A stretch of DNA of 63,399 nt, the filler included, from Asterionella formosa (taxonomy: Eukaryota): assembly GCA_002256025.1 (NCBI GenBank). It is 16 parts of 16 records of this genome, joined end to end, with 100 filler letters (N's around TTAATTAATTAA, not from the genome) between each part and the next. Parts side by side here need not be neighbours in the genome. Positions count along the whole stretch, not along the records: positions 50,751 to 52,776 come from NKIB01000609.1; positions 52,877 to 54,902 come from NKIB01000610.1; positions 55,003 to 57,027 come from NKIB01000611.1; positions 57,128 to 59,151 come from NKIB01000612.1; positions 59,252 to 61,275 come from NKIB01000614.1; positions 61,376 to 63,399 come from NKIB01000615.1; 10 more parts are not named here. The stretch is one strand, 5' to 3'. Below, one piece after another: positions 50,651-63,399 of this stretch (within the stretch, counting starts at the first letter, position 1; each line of letters begins with the position of its first letter). The notes beneath the pieces are model-generated. The model did not search any database, was not told where the DNA came from, and saw only the letters and a list, made by a program, of their open reading frames with translations. The position numbers and the translations under genes were made by a program.

Positions 50651-52559
50651 NNNNNNNNNNNNNNNNNNNNNNNNNNNNNNNNNNNNNNNNNNNNTTAATT
50701 AATTAANNNNNNNNNNNNNNNNNNNNNNNNNNNNNNNNNNNNNNNNNNNNTATTATTTTTACGAGACCTGAAATGTTGAATTTATCGTTCACATATTGAT
50801 TGATTTTACATACTGTATGCCCGATTTCGTCCTCACAAATATAGTTCTCACTCTGCTATCTTGCCTGCCTTTGCTCTATTTGGGCTTGCAATAGGCAACG
50901 TTCGTCTTTCTTTGATCCCATAGTCTGCTGCTTGTTATGCTGGTTGAAGCGGATCGGTGAGTACAACAGTGAAATACTGAATGTGGATTGTAGATTGTAT
51001 TTATCGACTTTCCGATTTGATTGCTTCCGTGGTTTGTTTTGATTGCTTCCATCGTTGTTTGTCGTTACGCACTTTCGTTTTGTTTCGACTGTATTTATCT
51101 ACATAAGAACCAATGCATTTATCAATGACTACTCATTGAAGATGTGGTATTGTGCCGTTGTTTATTGTATTTGTTGATTTGTATAGTCATTGACAATGAT
51201 GTCAATATTGCCGCCAAGCAATGCTTTTCTTGCACTAACGCGCTTTGCTACATCTCTACTGCGAGTTCGTATCAGAAGCTACATGAATACTCAGCTAGAG
51301 AGAGAGTCAATAGTGCTGGATCAGCGTGGCGATCATGCTTGCTCAGAATGGAATGATCAGGGTTGCTTGTTTGGTGGGCAGCGGAGAGGAATGACTGTGG
51401 CGGAAATACTGCTACTGGTGTCAGGCTACTACAGCGATGCGCATGGTTGCAGAAACCAGACCATTTACGCTACATAACGATGTAGGTCAAGATTGGGTTC
51501 AGCTTTTCCCTTCTTATTTCGGTCTTCGATTGTGTGGTGATGGAAAGTCAATGTTGCCTGTGTAAGTACTACAATGATTCACAATGCATATGTCTCCATT
51601 GGAACTCTTATTTTTTATTTCATTTCTAACCCAAAACAATTTTTTCTATTTCTCATTTGATGCTACTTATTACACCGCATTTCATACTTTGGTTGCTCCA
51701 AACATCATGTTCAATTTTCGTTGATGTTGCATGTTACAATCATTCTCGTGTGTTTTACGCTTGTTGTACCATCTCCATGCATAATACCGTTATTTTGGTT
51801 GTCATGCTAAAATCGGCAATTTTATTGCCGAAAAATTCGATGTGCCCCATATTGCCCTTAAATAAAAATTACTTAAGAAATTACTTAGAGACTAAAAATT
51901 ACTTAGAAGTACCCGAATGGCAAGACGATAGCTGGAGCGGGAATTGCCAACTCAATTACCGGTATTGAAGGGACCCCCAACATCTCTGTTTGTGTTGACC
52001 GATTTTGGTAATTCCGGTTCACACCTCAAACACAAATTTTTTAACAGTTAGAAATAACAGTGCAAAATATTGAAATATTTTTATCCATGTATGACTACAT
52101 ATGATTTCCCGGAATATGTCATGACTTGCATGCTCATTCCCGAAATGGCTTGCTCTCACCAAAATTGGTACCTGATGGTAATATGCTATTTATGTACATA
52201 TCGATCAGCCTTATGTACATTGTTTGTCATCCTCTGTTTTAAATCATTGCAACGATGTCATCATCCTCTTCCAGGCAAACGAGACCAGCCAGAGAGGGTG
52301 TCCCTTCCTCCCCAATGCTGCGAGAATGTCACAAAAAATGGCAATTCCAAGATGAGGAAGAGAAAGAAGATGATGCCGATGACGCCAGTGCTGATGACAG
52401 CAGGGCTGATGCCTCTGGTGGCTCTCTGATTGGTGTCTCTCAGCTTTTGTCTAGGAACAATGGCAGTAATTTGTCGCATCACAGTGCAAGTGCAACCGTA
52501 CAAAGAGATACAAAAAGAACAACTGTGGGTATCAATAGCAGGCGAGATCAACCACCAAC

Positions 52560-52776
52560 ATTTCCAATGGCCCGCCGCAACCTGCAGAGTCGGTTGTTGA
52601 ATGAGGTCATGTCATGGACACCGTTCTGACTCATCTTCCAATTGGATCACATGAATGGGAATGTGTAGCATCTGAGCACAATGAAAATTTTCCAGACAAG
52701 GATCGAACTGGAACTTCAATTTGGCGAAAGTTTGCACAACTACAGAAAGTGAAAATTCCAAGTGGTGACCGAACAT
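52560..52776 (+). pseudogene. DUF6818/Myb-like transposon-associated protein fragment
   Basis: LPIGSHEWECVASEHNENFPDKDR..SIWRKF..L..VKIPSGD matches, from recall, the LP.G..EW..V..RRKF..PTGD pattern. Frameshift upstream. Confidence 0.55.
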
Positions 52777-52876
52777 NNNNNNNNNNNNNNNNNNNNNNNN
52801 NNNNNNNNNNNNNNNNNNNNTTAATTAATTAANNNNNNNNNNNNNNNNNNNNNNNNNNNNNNNNNNNNNNNNNNNN

Positions 52877-53654
52877 ATGATCCCGAGTCTGGAATTCTGC
52901 CAATGGTTTCATAAAATAGTGAAATCTTGTGGGAACCAAGGTCATTGTGGGGCAATATCTTGGTGAGCGTCGTATTATTGGGAATGCTTTTTGGACCCCA
53001 CCAGGAGGTGACCCACATTTTAATGTTAGCATTTCGAGACCATTTCAAGTGTTGGGAAATCACTGCGGGGTCGGTGTCATCGTATCGTCCCAACTTGGGC
53101 AGTTGAGGTGGCAACAGCTTCTCCCGAAGAAATGGAGACCCCTTGTGAAAGTCAGTACCATACCAAGGATAGTAATAGACTCCAATAGTGAGATTCTTTG
53201 ATGGCGTTCTAGTAGGAGATGGCGTCAACGCCGTGGTGAGAGTCGTAGCACTAGCCGTTGTAGGATCCATGCAAGGTTTCCAATCATAACATGCCCATTT
53301 CCACCCATCAGTGCTATTACTTATTTGACAATCACATCTTGTTTCGGGATGGGTAATGCTTTCAACAATTAATCCTTGACATGCTTGGCTGCCATACATG
53401 CACATGAACCAATTGTTCTGTATTGCACTGCAAGTATCTCCATGAATAGGAATAACACCCTGACGAAAGATGCATTTCTTTAGACGCTTGCCATACATGC
53501 TACGGTACACCACCCACCATGCAGGCTGTTTCCATGTCCACTCTTCTGCTTGTAAAGAGCGTTGACGATCTTCCACAACTTCACCGAAGCAGCTGCTGAT
53601 CAATAAGTGAATCGATAGTAATATGATAGTTCCCGTCGACAAAGTACGAGTCAT
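52877..53654 (-). CDS. Secreted GH99/GH71-like glycoside hydrolase, 5' part, with a Cys-rich N-terminal module
   Basis: Signal peptide, RSLQ, Cys-rich module, T/P linker, then GVYYYPWYG, P.LG.YD..DP.VI.QH, TSWWG and FYE. Confidence 0.82.
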
Positions 53655-54680
53655 TTTCTTTCAACAGCTGGAGGTCCAGACAATGTGTTTCATGGGTTGG
53701 AACCTTTGATTGACAAACACGGTCAAACGAAAAATAATGTGGTACTAGTGTGTTTACTGAACATTTAGGATAGTACCTGGTCCTTTCTTGTAAATGCTCA
53801 AAAAACGTTTCGGTTTTGCTTCATTTATTTGTTTAATCCCGTGAGAAAATTGTCATCGTTGCTTGGTACCCCGTTGATACCGGTAGCTACATGTAGTAAT
53901 CATGGACAATTTCGGCGGACACTTACCAGTAATTAACTTTGGGCGGATGCCATCGACAACGCTCCTATGTAGATACCACAACTCCACGAATGAGACCAAC
54001 ACTCCTGGGAAGCAAAAATTGTACCAAAGATTTCTTCTACCTGGAGCAGCAAGCACAGTGTTGTTGCTCTCCATCAAATTAGTCCTGTCGAAATCAAGAA
54101 AAGATGGTGTACCAGTCACTTGACCCTGGTCCCGGTACCTGCCACTTGCACTGGAGTGTGGTATCGGGTACTTGTTAGAACCATTGTTTATGTCTCATGT
54201 AGTGCATGAATGAGAAAATGCATCCAGTGCGTGTCTCGACATCAGAGTGTGCTTCGACTTGAGCCAAATGGCCCAAATACTAAAAAACAAGTTGGCCACT
54301 GTAAGATACACTTGTTTCTTCATTGGTGATGATCAACCCCACTAGTTCTTATTTATGTATTTTATGGGCTTGCAATTATGATGCGTAATGAGGGATTTGC
54401 TACCAGTATAAATGTGACATGTCCCAGCTGAAAGGGTGTCTGCAATACTTTTCGCTACTTTCAGGATTGCGTTGTACTACTGCATAGGCCATAATGTTTT
54501 CGTTGTACTAGACAATCCAAAGTAGCATTTCTAAAAGCATCAATTCGATTTTCTGAATCTGTAAAAAGTCGACCTTAAGTCCTCAAACACAGTAGTACTG
54601 AACAATTGAAAGCGTCACAATGAATATAAACAGAAGACAGAAACATGACAATCAATTCTACTTTTAAACGAAGCTGCTAT

Positions 54681-54902
54681 TCACCACGCAGTTGTGGTCT
54701 CTTCTCTCAAAATATCCAAAAATAGCTCTCCATAGGCTTTATACTCGACTCCCTGCGTCAACTCAAAGGGAGCTATGGTCTTGTTCCCACCTGACGTTGG
54801 TTCAATTTGAGTATCTTCATGCCATTCATTAAACGAATTTACCATGACCAAGTAATTGGTCATGCTATCTGCTATCTCACGGGCTCCTTTCAGAGTGGCT
54901 CG
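54681..54902 (-). CDS. GH99-like glycoside hydrolase, 3' end of a second gene
   Basis: NSFNEWHEDTQIEP catalytic motif and YG..FLDIL C-terminus. Confidence 0.82.
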   Translation of the reverse strand, partial: RATLKGAREIADSMTNYLVMVNSFNEWHEDTQIEPTSGGNKTIAPFELTQGVEYKAYGELFLDILREETTTAW

Positions 54903-55002
54903 NNNNNNNNNNNNNNNNNNNNNNNNNNNNNNNNNNNNNNNNNNNNTTAATTAATTAANNNNNNNNNNNNNNNNNNNNNNNNNNNNNNNNNNNNNNNNNN
55001 NN

Positions 55003-55426
55003 ATAAGTGGATTCCTGACTCGTTGGATTCACGTGTTACAGAATGGACGCAAAACTCTTTCAAGTTGGGGTCGGTCGCCTCTATCCTGGGATGACCGGCA
55101 AAAATGCGAAACAACTGTGAAGTCCCAGCTTTTGGGAATCCAATAATATTAATGTCTGGGTATGATTTGACCCAAGACTCCTCTGCCATGTACTTCGATG
55201 CAAATACGTACGGGGTAAGATCTATAATTTGTGTGGTCGCCAGGGAAGAAAAAAATTTATCCCCAGTCTCAAGTGTTTGTGCAAGTGACTGTTTGTATTG
55301 TAACTGAAGATAGTTGGTTTCTGATAGAGAATCAACAGAGCTAAAACTAAGAAGGGATAATAGTTCCAGCGATCTGAGTAACATCCAAACTAAGGCGCAG
55401 AAAGCGACAAATCTCGATAGTCTCAT
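55003..55426 (-). CDS. Golgi-type sulfotransferase, 5' part
   Basis: N-terminal signal anchor and PDINIIGFPKAGTSQL (5'-PSB loop)..HP..KE. Cut by the contig end. Confidence 0.8.
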
Positions 55427-55918
55427 GGAGCCCTGCTAATATATGACTTCAAAGAAGGGTTGATTTCCCAGAAAGTAGTTTTTCAAATATTCAAGTTTAT
55501 ACACACAGAAACAGAAAAATACCAGTCAGTATGCTGGTCATTTATGAAAATAGTACCACTTAAAAACTGTAAGCCACCGCTACGGCGACTTTTGAACTGT
55601 AAGCCACCGCTAAACGGAGTAAACGCACGGTTTGAACTTACTTACAAGATACGCTATTTTTTGTCACAACCAAGTTGTTCAGATTTATATAGCGTGTAAT
55701 TACTTCCGTACTTGTTGTATTGTTGCATTGTGTACATTGTTAATTCGGTATTATCGCCAAAAGGTTGCTGTCGACGTGAAATTGCGAAAATTGGATATTT
55801 TCACGTCTGCTTGATCGAGCAAGCATGACCTTTTATATACGTATACAAATATATTAATATTCCTCCTCTAGAAAACTAATTTAGTATCCTCTAAAATTTA
55901 TTTAATATAGCTAGGACG

Positions 55919-57027
55919 TCATTCAGGAACATTTGGTTGAAGTGATTCAACAAATTGATGCATATCCTCTTTACTTACATTGGGAAATGAGAAGTATGAG
56001 TGTGGATAGATGATATTTGTGGTGGGAGTAGCAATTCCACTAGGATTCCTTCCATATTCAGATCGATTCTTTTGTGAAAGTCCAGTGTAGATTTCCTTGT
56101 AATAAACGAGTAAATCATCGGTCCATTGATCAGTAAGACCATTTGAAACTGAACTTTCTTCCCTTGCTCGCACTTTTTTTAATAAGTGGTTTCCCACCAA
56201 TGTCTACAAAATCGGTAGAATGACGAATATTGTTGCTTCTCTGAAATTTCGTGGGTATCTGGATTGAAACCCAATTTTTTTGTTGCAATCGGAATTTTCC
56301 TTTCAGCACCAAGAAGCAAAATGCTTCTGTACTGGCATTGATCAGCAAACCAACAAAACGTGTTTGCACTTCACACTGTGCCCAAAGACTGAGTTGAAAT
56401 TTGGCTTGGTCACACCAGATTTGTCTCCTGTTAAAAATGGTTCTCCACAGCTTGTCCTGCCTATAAAATACACCGGAGCAAGAACATCACGCCAGACTTG
56501 GCATCCATGCATGGCTTCCCCTGTCAATGTCCTTTGACTGCGCAAAACGATAAAGCGGCAACGCCCACCTAATAAAGTCATCAATATCCATAGTCTGGAA
56601 GTAAGCTATATTCTGCCTGTTAGACCAGCTGGTTTGTCATGAATTATGCTAGCATTTTTAAATTGAAACATATTTGATAAGAATATAATCACCAACTCAA
56701 AACATCATGCTTTCGGAGCATCTCCCTGCAAGAACAAACCTAAGATTCCTTTATATTGTTTATTCAATACATTCTGACATTCTCTCAAATTTTTAATGCA
56801 CATGCCACCAAATGTTGATTTGATGTAATCTAAACGTGCCTTGTTTGTACGTTCAATGGTCTGATTCATTGGAAGTAGTGCATCAGAACCATTCTATATG
56901 AAATTGGCAAGCCCTGGGTCACTCTCCACTTCTTTGCCTAACTCCGGTTTCACTGTGTATAGCCGAGATAGGCAAGCAACATTGGGCAAACCAATCCTGT
57001 TTGTGATTGGAAATGCCTTTCATACTA
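55919..57027 (-). pseudogene. Long stop-interrupted reading frame of unknown family
   Basis: ORFs 56342-56584 and 55919-56200 share a frame that continues upstream through isolated TAG/TGA codons. Confidence 0.5.
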
Positions 57028-58103
57028 NNNNNNNNNNNNNNNNNNNNNNNNNNNNNNNNNNNNNNNNNNNNTTAATTAATTAANNNNNNNNNNNNNNNNN
57101 NNNNNNNNNNNNNNNNNNNNNNNNNNNGAACAAAGTTCAACAAGATCGAAACAATGGCCAGCTCAGCAGTAATTACCGTCTGCTTCTCGTCAAGTTGATC
57201 TTGCACTTTTGAGCGTGTACCAAAATTGACTTTGATCAGTCAAAGAATGTTGAAGTACTGAAGGGGTGCAAGGTTAATTGTACTATTGAGTGCCTTGGAG
57301 TTCGTTAATTGAGAAAACCAAGACATCCTATATATATATGTACAGTAAGTAGGTAGAATGTTCAGAACCATGTCTAAGTATTATAGCTACAGGTACCAAG
57401 GGGTACCTGGTAGTATGACGATAATACTGCTGGTCCCTGGAGTACCTGGTACTGGTAGCTAAGATACTCTGCCTGAAGCGTGAAAAGATGGTTCTTAGGA
57501 CCAACATGTTCCATAAAAATTTGACCATTGGCGAGTCTACTTGGACAATTAGTCTAGGCTAATAATGCCAGTACATTTGAGCAATTGTTCTTATGTTTTG
57601 GTTGCAGGATGACTTAGCTAGCAGGCTAGCTAGCTCTACAATACCCCCCTCCGCCAGTCTACCCTAACAGTACTACATACTACTACATAAAGGGTGTCAA
57701 GGTGTAACATAGTTACTCATCAATAGAGTCCTCCTAACAAGGCCAGACAAAGCTTTTTATCTTTATTGAATTATGTTGCTCAGCCCAAATTCTTTTATCT
57801 CCTTCTTTGGCCAATGGGTTTTGAATCTATGGATGCAGTCATTAAGAACTCAGTTGCTCTTGAATCACCAGCCAGCTGTTGATGAGGGTTTGTAAGAAAT
57901 CCACTCATCACCAATTGTTTCTCTTAATAGATTTCTTACATTACAATTGAAAATGATGTGCATGAATTCACATCATCAAAGAAAGTTAGGGATATGGATA
58001 CAAAACTTCATTAACATGAGAATGTCAAGGAGAAGACCACCACAAAGACATGTAAGTCCAATAGCCAGAATGCAGTCTGGATAGATATGCTGATCTGTAC
58101 GGA

Positions 58104-58443
58104 GGGAATGGCTTAGTTGGTTGATCAAATCGCCGTGTGGTTCGATTCTCGAATTTTTTTTGAGAAGTAATTGTTGGGTTCAACTCCCACACTTCTTATC
58201 ATTCCACATGGTCTTGCTTTGTGTGCAAGAAATAGTGGCCGCCTTCCTAGGCGGTTGGAGTTTCCCCTGACACTGCAGCAGCCAAGACAATCACCTTTCG
58301 CGAAAAGTAGTTGGGGACTTCGCCTACTAGTATACTAACAAAACAATGGAAGCACAGGTCTTGTTGGCAGGTAGCTAGCACATTGAATACTTGCCTTGAA
58401 ATAGGGGAGTGCAAACTGGCTATAACCCAGATTGTCATTGATT
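58104..58443 (+). mobile_element. tRNA-derived SINE-like element, copy 3
   Basis: A box TGGCTTAGTTGG (58109-58120), B box GGTTCGATTC (58139-58148), and a body homologous to 36817-37186. Confidence 0.65.
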
Positions 58444-58933
58444 TGTACTGCTTGCATCAGAACTTGCTTTTGCTTTCACAGCATCAACTGTCATGGAAGG
58501 TTGAATTAATTCTAGTAGGTGACTGAAAGCTGCAAAAAATGCAATATTCATGATAGAACCCACTTTCAGCATGGAGAAGCCTCGCACATCAATTCCGTCA
58601 TACTTTGCATTGGTGCTCTAATTTAGCTGATCACATTGACTTCGACTTTGTGGATTCAACAAATGATAATTCGATTGCTGCAATCAACATAAAGAAGCTC
58701 TTTTGCTTGTGTATTTCCCATTCTGAATCAAGCAAACCAGTGACAACCAAACTGTAGCTACTAAGGCAGGTCTGGGTGATTACTTGTCAATGATCAGGCA
58801 GATTGTCTGATAGAGTGACAGCAGTTATGCTACATTTCCATAATTTTGCTGATGCACCCATGCTTGGGGAGAAAGGAAAAGAGGCTAACTAATTCGCATT
58901 TACAGCAATAAAAGGGTAGCATTGTATTGCTGC

Positions 58934-59151
58934 GAAGATTTGACGAAATGCACAACTTTTGTTCCTTGTCAACAAGATAAAAAAATTGTATCTTGGTTAA
59001 GATTTGTCCTAAATGTATGTAGTTAAGATTTGACGAAATACCTAACAACTTTTGTTCCTTGTCAACAAGAAACAAAAATTGTATCTCGGCTAAGGTTTTG
59101 CCTATATCCAAGTAGTGAAGATTTGATGAAATTCACGACTTGTGTTCCTTG
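58934..59151 (+). repeat. About 90-93-bp diverged tandem repeat, at least 2.4 units, cut by contig end
   Basis: AAGATTTGAYGAAAT..TTGTTCCTTG recurs at 58935, 59025 and 59118. Confidence 0.8.
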
Positions 59152-61375
59152 NNNNNNNNNNNNNNNNNNNNNNNNNNNNNNNNNNNNNNNNNNNNTTAAT
59201 TAATTAANNNNNNNNNNNNNNNNNNNNNNNNNNNNNNNNNNNNNNNNNNNNTTTGATCTTTCATTTCAGGATGTGTTCTGGCTGGTACTATGCATGACAA
59301 GGAACCTTTAAACACATCTGCAAATAAAAACTACCATTTTTCCATGATGCATCATAGGATTGTGATCATCTGATAATAATTTTTCCTTATATCATCTAAT
59401 AATTTTGATAAATGCCCTTGTAATTTAAATAGTAACCCTTTTGACTACATATATTTAATTATTATATGTATTGTTTCTATTAGATTCCTGTGTTTGAATT
59501 TCTTGGTAGGATAATGTACCAGCTAAAGTAATGTAATTTGGCTCGTCATTTCCATCTGTCATCACTCCGACTTTTGCAACAACAACAAAATACTAGCAAT
59601 GACAAGTGGAATAATTGTTTGCGATAACGTCTTCAATTGTTGGTCAAGTGATCATTATATCTTTGAGTAATCGTCATGTGCAGTGAACCTTTGTTCATAA
59701 TCATTCAATTAAGAGTTTACAGAGAAGAAATCATTCGAACTCCTAATGGTTCTGCACACAGCACACATTGTAAATCCGTTTCGTCGACCACCAGCATTAC
59801 AATCTCGCCAATCAACTCGTAAACAAACACATTCTACTTGTTCTCGTTGAAATTTTCAATTCTCACATGATACTACATCTACTATTGAGATTCAGCATAG
59901 AAAGAGATACGAAAATGTGCGTAACAGACTACTGTCCACATAGCTATAGTTATAGAATGATTCTGATTAGAACGCATTTCATTTTCATATCGCTCGCTCG
60001 TTTCTGCATTTGGTATACTGTACTTGAATTAACTATTGAACTTGTCCGCATCTTTAAAAAATTGATACCCATATCTACATTTGCTCGTTGGAACCACTGT
60101 CCATTGCCTCAAACCTGATTAGCATGTGTGTTTGTGCACTCTCAACTTGTGTACACTACAGAAGTGACTAAGCTACTTAAGTGCGTGTTTATGTAGTACG
60201 ATGCAGAATACAGTTCCCAATCATCTCATCATGATTGATAAGATGATAATGTGATATCACGATAGTGTTACATCGATGCATACATCACCAAAGTATGATA
60301 CGTAATATTAGATAAAGTATATCACAAAGCTATGATACATTGATCATAGAACTATGATGATTTTTTAGAAAGTTTATGATAAAATTTTGATCAAAATATG
60401 ATCATGTTAAAATAATACAATGATATTAAAATACGATAAAATATGTTCACAAGTGTTATCAATACATCATAGAAAATAAATAAATCGATCATAAAGTATG
60501 TTACTTAATATATATATATTCGACTTTTAATGTATACAGTAAAAGTTAACAGTTAGTATGATAGTATAATACGGTGTATATGATCTAAGTATACGGATGT
60601 GTTGATATGTAAATCACCATAATATGATTTGTGATATGGATTGATGCAGATCACATACCAGTATCCTCAACAACCAGCCATCACGTGTGTCGTTTTTCCT
60701 TGTTATATCTGTATTTATGTCGGCATGTGTATTGTGTCAACACTACGCTGGCGGAACATACATATTATACTGCTGTGCTCTGTTCAACAATTACTACACT
60801 TGGTTACCATCACACCAGCTGCACCTCCACAAGCACCGCAAAAAACTCCGCGTTTCCCTTCCACTGTTTTACATCATAGTCTTCTGGCCCTTTGACAACT
60901 TGCTTTCCAAATGGCATTTCATGGATTTCATGCAAAGGATCAGTCAAACAAGAAACGTGACTTACTTCCATTGTTTACACTACACGACTTTATGTTTTCG
61001 GAAAAGAAGATGAAGAAACTTATGAAATCAATCGAAGATTCCTTTGAATAAACTCAAAGATCAGATGAAATTGAACAGATTCATAATACTCCAGAAAAAT
61101 AATGAAGTGTGCCGATACAATAGTGGAAGAGATTGAAAAGAAGGAAAGATTGCTTTCGAAGAGGAAACCCAAACAGTTGGTCTTCGTGGATGAAGACTCT
61201 ATTCGTACAGAGTCACAGTTCCACCATCCAGTGTCGTATTTTGCTCCTCATTCTCCTGAAATCGCTGATAATGCANNNNNNNNNNNNNNNNNNNNNNNNN
61301 NNNNNNNNNNNNNNNNNNNTTAATTAATTAANNNNNNNNNNNNNNNNNNNNNNNNNNNNNNNNNNNNNNNNNNNN

Positions 61376-62401
61376 GATACTTGGCGTATTGCTATTCCTA
61401 CATCATTATTGGATCCTATTATTAATTGGTATCATCAGATGTTAGCTCATGTGGGTATGACAAGATTAAATGCTACAATTGCTACACATTTTTATCACCC
61501 TATATTAAAAACAAGAGTGGAACATATTGTAAGAGTATGTGAAGCATGTCAACGTACAAAATTACCTGGTACTGGTTTTGGTGAACTTCCACCCAGGAAT
61601 GCATTATTATTACCATGGTCAGAAGTCGCAGTAGATCTAATTGGTCCATGGAAGATAACAGTGGCTGCTCAAACGATTGAATTTCGTGCTCTAACTTGTA
61701 TTGACACAGTCACCAATTTAGCAGAAATTTCACGTATCATCAATAAAACATCAGAATATATTGCAATGAAATTTGAAAATGATTGGTTAGCCAGATATCC
61801 CCGTCCAGAACGTTGTATACATGACAATGGAGGTGAATTTACTGGTGCTCCTTTCTTACACATGTTAGTATTGAATGGAATCAAAGATGTGACTACCACA
61901 GTAAAGAATCCACAAGCAAATGCTATCTGTGAACGTTTCCATCAATCTATCAGCAATAGTCTACGAGTTATGTTAAAGGCTCATCCTCCAATCAATGAAT
62001 TTCAAGCCCAAAATATTGTGGATACATGTTTTGCAGCTGCGTCATATGCAGCTCGAGCTACTATTCATAGTATATTACGTATTTCACCAGGAGCATGGGT
62101 TTTCCAACGTGATATGATATTAAATATTCCTTTGATTACAGATTTACAATTAATACATCAACGTCGACAGGTGATAATTGACGAACGTTTACGTCGTGCA
62201 AATTTCCGTCGTCGATCTTATGATTACAAAGTGGGTGACGAGATTTTAATATTATTGGATAATCCTACTACTTTGGATGATCGTGGACGAGGTCCTTATA
62301 CTATTATTCAAGTACATGCCAATGGTACAGTTACTTTTCAACGCACTATGCATATTACCGAACGAATTAATATTCGTCGTATCAAACCTTTTCATAGGTA
62401 A
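61376..62401 (+). mobile_element. Ty3/gypsy retrotransposon integrase (C-terminus of pol), open frame
   Basis: HHCC finger (YHQMLAH..CEAC), D,D(35)E core (VDLIG, HDNG, ERFH) and GPY/F motif (GPYTIIQVHANGTV..NIRRIKPF). The integrase-last position is gypsy-type. Confidence 0.93.
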
Positions 62402-62420
62402 AAGGTTTTCCCTCAAGTGT

Positions 62421-63399
62421 GGGAGAGTGAGCAATCCTGCACATCGATACAGATATATATAGAGTTGGGGTTATGTCAAATATATCGGAATTCAATAATG
62501 AGAGAACTCGACTAACACCCATTCTATACTTTGATGTCAGTTCAGGAAATGAGTTATACATAAGGATTAATTAATAAGCTCATATATTCAACAAATACTA
62601 CTACTTCTAGTTAGATACTTCACATACGTCATCGTGCTGGCAATAGTGATTCCAATTCCAAATTGATTCATGTGTATCTCTTTTGATTTTTCATTTAATA
62701 AACCACCTGACCACCTGGTTGTTTGGAATTGTCTGTAACTTTAATCTGATTTAGCCTACAATATTGAGACCTAGGATCTTTTTACTTATTCTGCCAGTTG
62801 GTACCATAGTAGCTAGGATTTGCTTAATGTTTGACCATTTTGATTAAAGTATCAATTTCCCTTGATGTGTGATGTCATCATTTCAACCCAAATGCCATCA
62901 CAGCCGCATACCAACATAACACTGTAGTTAATGATGATACAACATACCGGTAAACATAAGGTGAAGTAAGCAATGTATTGCCCATGAAACATGCAATATA
63001 TCATACACCTTTTGATGGATTCATGTACAGGGTACCTGAGGTAGCCCACATAGGCACTAGAATGTAATTATTTAGCTTAGATTATGCTTTTTCTATATTT
63101 AATACACTACAGTGTAGTCATTCTGAATGGCTGGAGAGCGAATATTGCATAATGTTGTCTCAGTCTTGACCATGACAAAGATAACAAATAACTTAATGAA
63201 AATCAGAACGACGCTTTGCTATTTGGTATGTACAATAATGACATCATCGACAATACAATCAAAACAATTATGCTAATTACAATGATATTGACAACGAAAA
63301 TTGAAGACGCTGATGGCACGTTTTTTCATGTAAATCAGTGATGCACCATTTTTAAAAATGACATGTTACAAGGAGCTTTGACACTTTTACAGTAATTAC
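62421..63399 (+). repeat. Candidate polypurine tract (GGGAGAG) and 3' LTR starting TG at 62428; includes the repeat shared with 5278-6025
   Basis: A purine run about 20 nt after the integrase stop is followed directly by TG. Confidence 0.5.

Noticed and set aside
58104..58150. Functional tRNA gene
   Set aside because: A and B boxes are present, but there is no complete cloverleaf and homology continues about 290 bp beyond, which fits a SINE better.
59252..61275. Genes in the AT-rich contig (CAVC motif on minus; short ORFs 60631-61275)
   Set aside because: Fragmentary, with no recognisable domain or consistent splice model.
1775..61375. Recurring TTAATTAATTAA and the roughly 2.1-kb periodicity of the right half
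   Set aside because: Artificial spacers between length-sorted contigs, not a biological repeat or array.

Overview
Eukaryotic nuclear DNA, most likely a diatom. Evidence: short GT-AG introns, a bipartite plastid presequence with an ASAF-like cleavage site, RxL-type secreted proteins and diatom-type copia elements. The window is not contiguous. It is 16 contigs joined by artificial 100-nt spacers (N44-TTAATTAATTAA-N44): one 31.8-kb contig (6126-37890) and fifteen pieces of about 2 kb, so adjacency across spacers means nothing. Host genes: serine O-acetyltransferase, a large protein with Auto_anti-p27-like zinc ribbons, NF-YA, a presequence-bearing predicted beta-barrel, an auxilin-like J protein, COX19, a DUF6940-like protein, an ER protein, a Nudix hydrolase, two GH99-like fragments and a sulfotransferase. 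Mobile DNA: two Ty1/copia remnants, a Ty3/gypsy integrase, pogo-like and PIF/Harbinger remnants and a MITE. Four observations stand out. (1) A two-copy element starts with TTAGGG repeats in the non-telomeric orientation and encodes an unknown 383-aa protein broken by different CpG-type stops in each copy. (2) A 260-bp tandem repeat has a unit of two introns plus two micro-exons that splice to a 32-aa repeat with variable copy number. (3) A tRNA-derived SINE-like family is present in three copies. (4) A GTAC/ACCGGT/CCWGG palindromic vocabulary pervades intergenic DNA. All family assignments come from motif recognition, not database searches.
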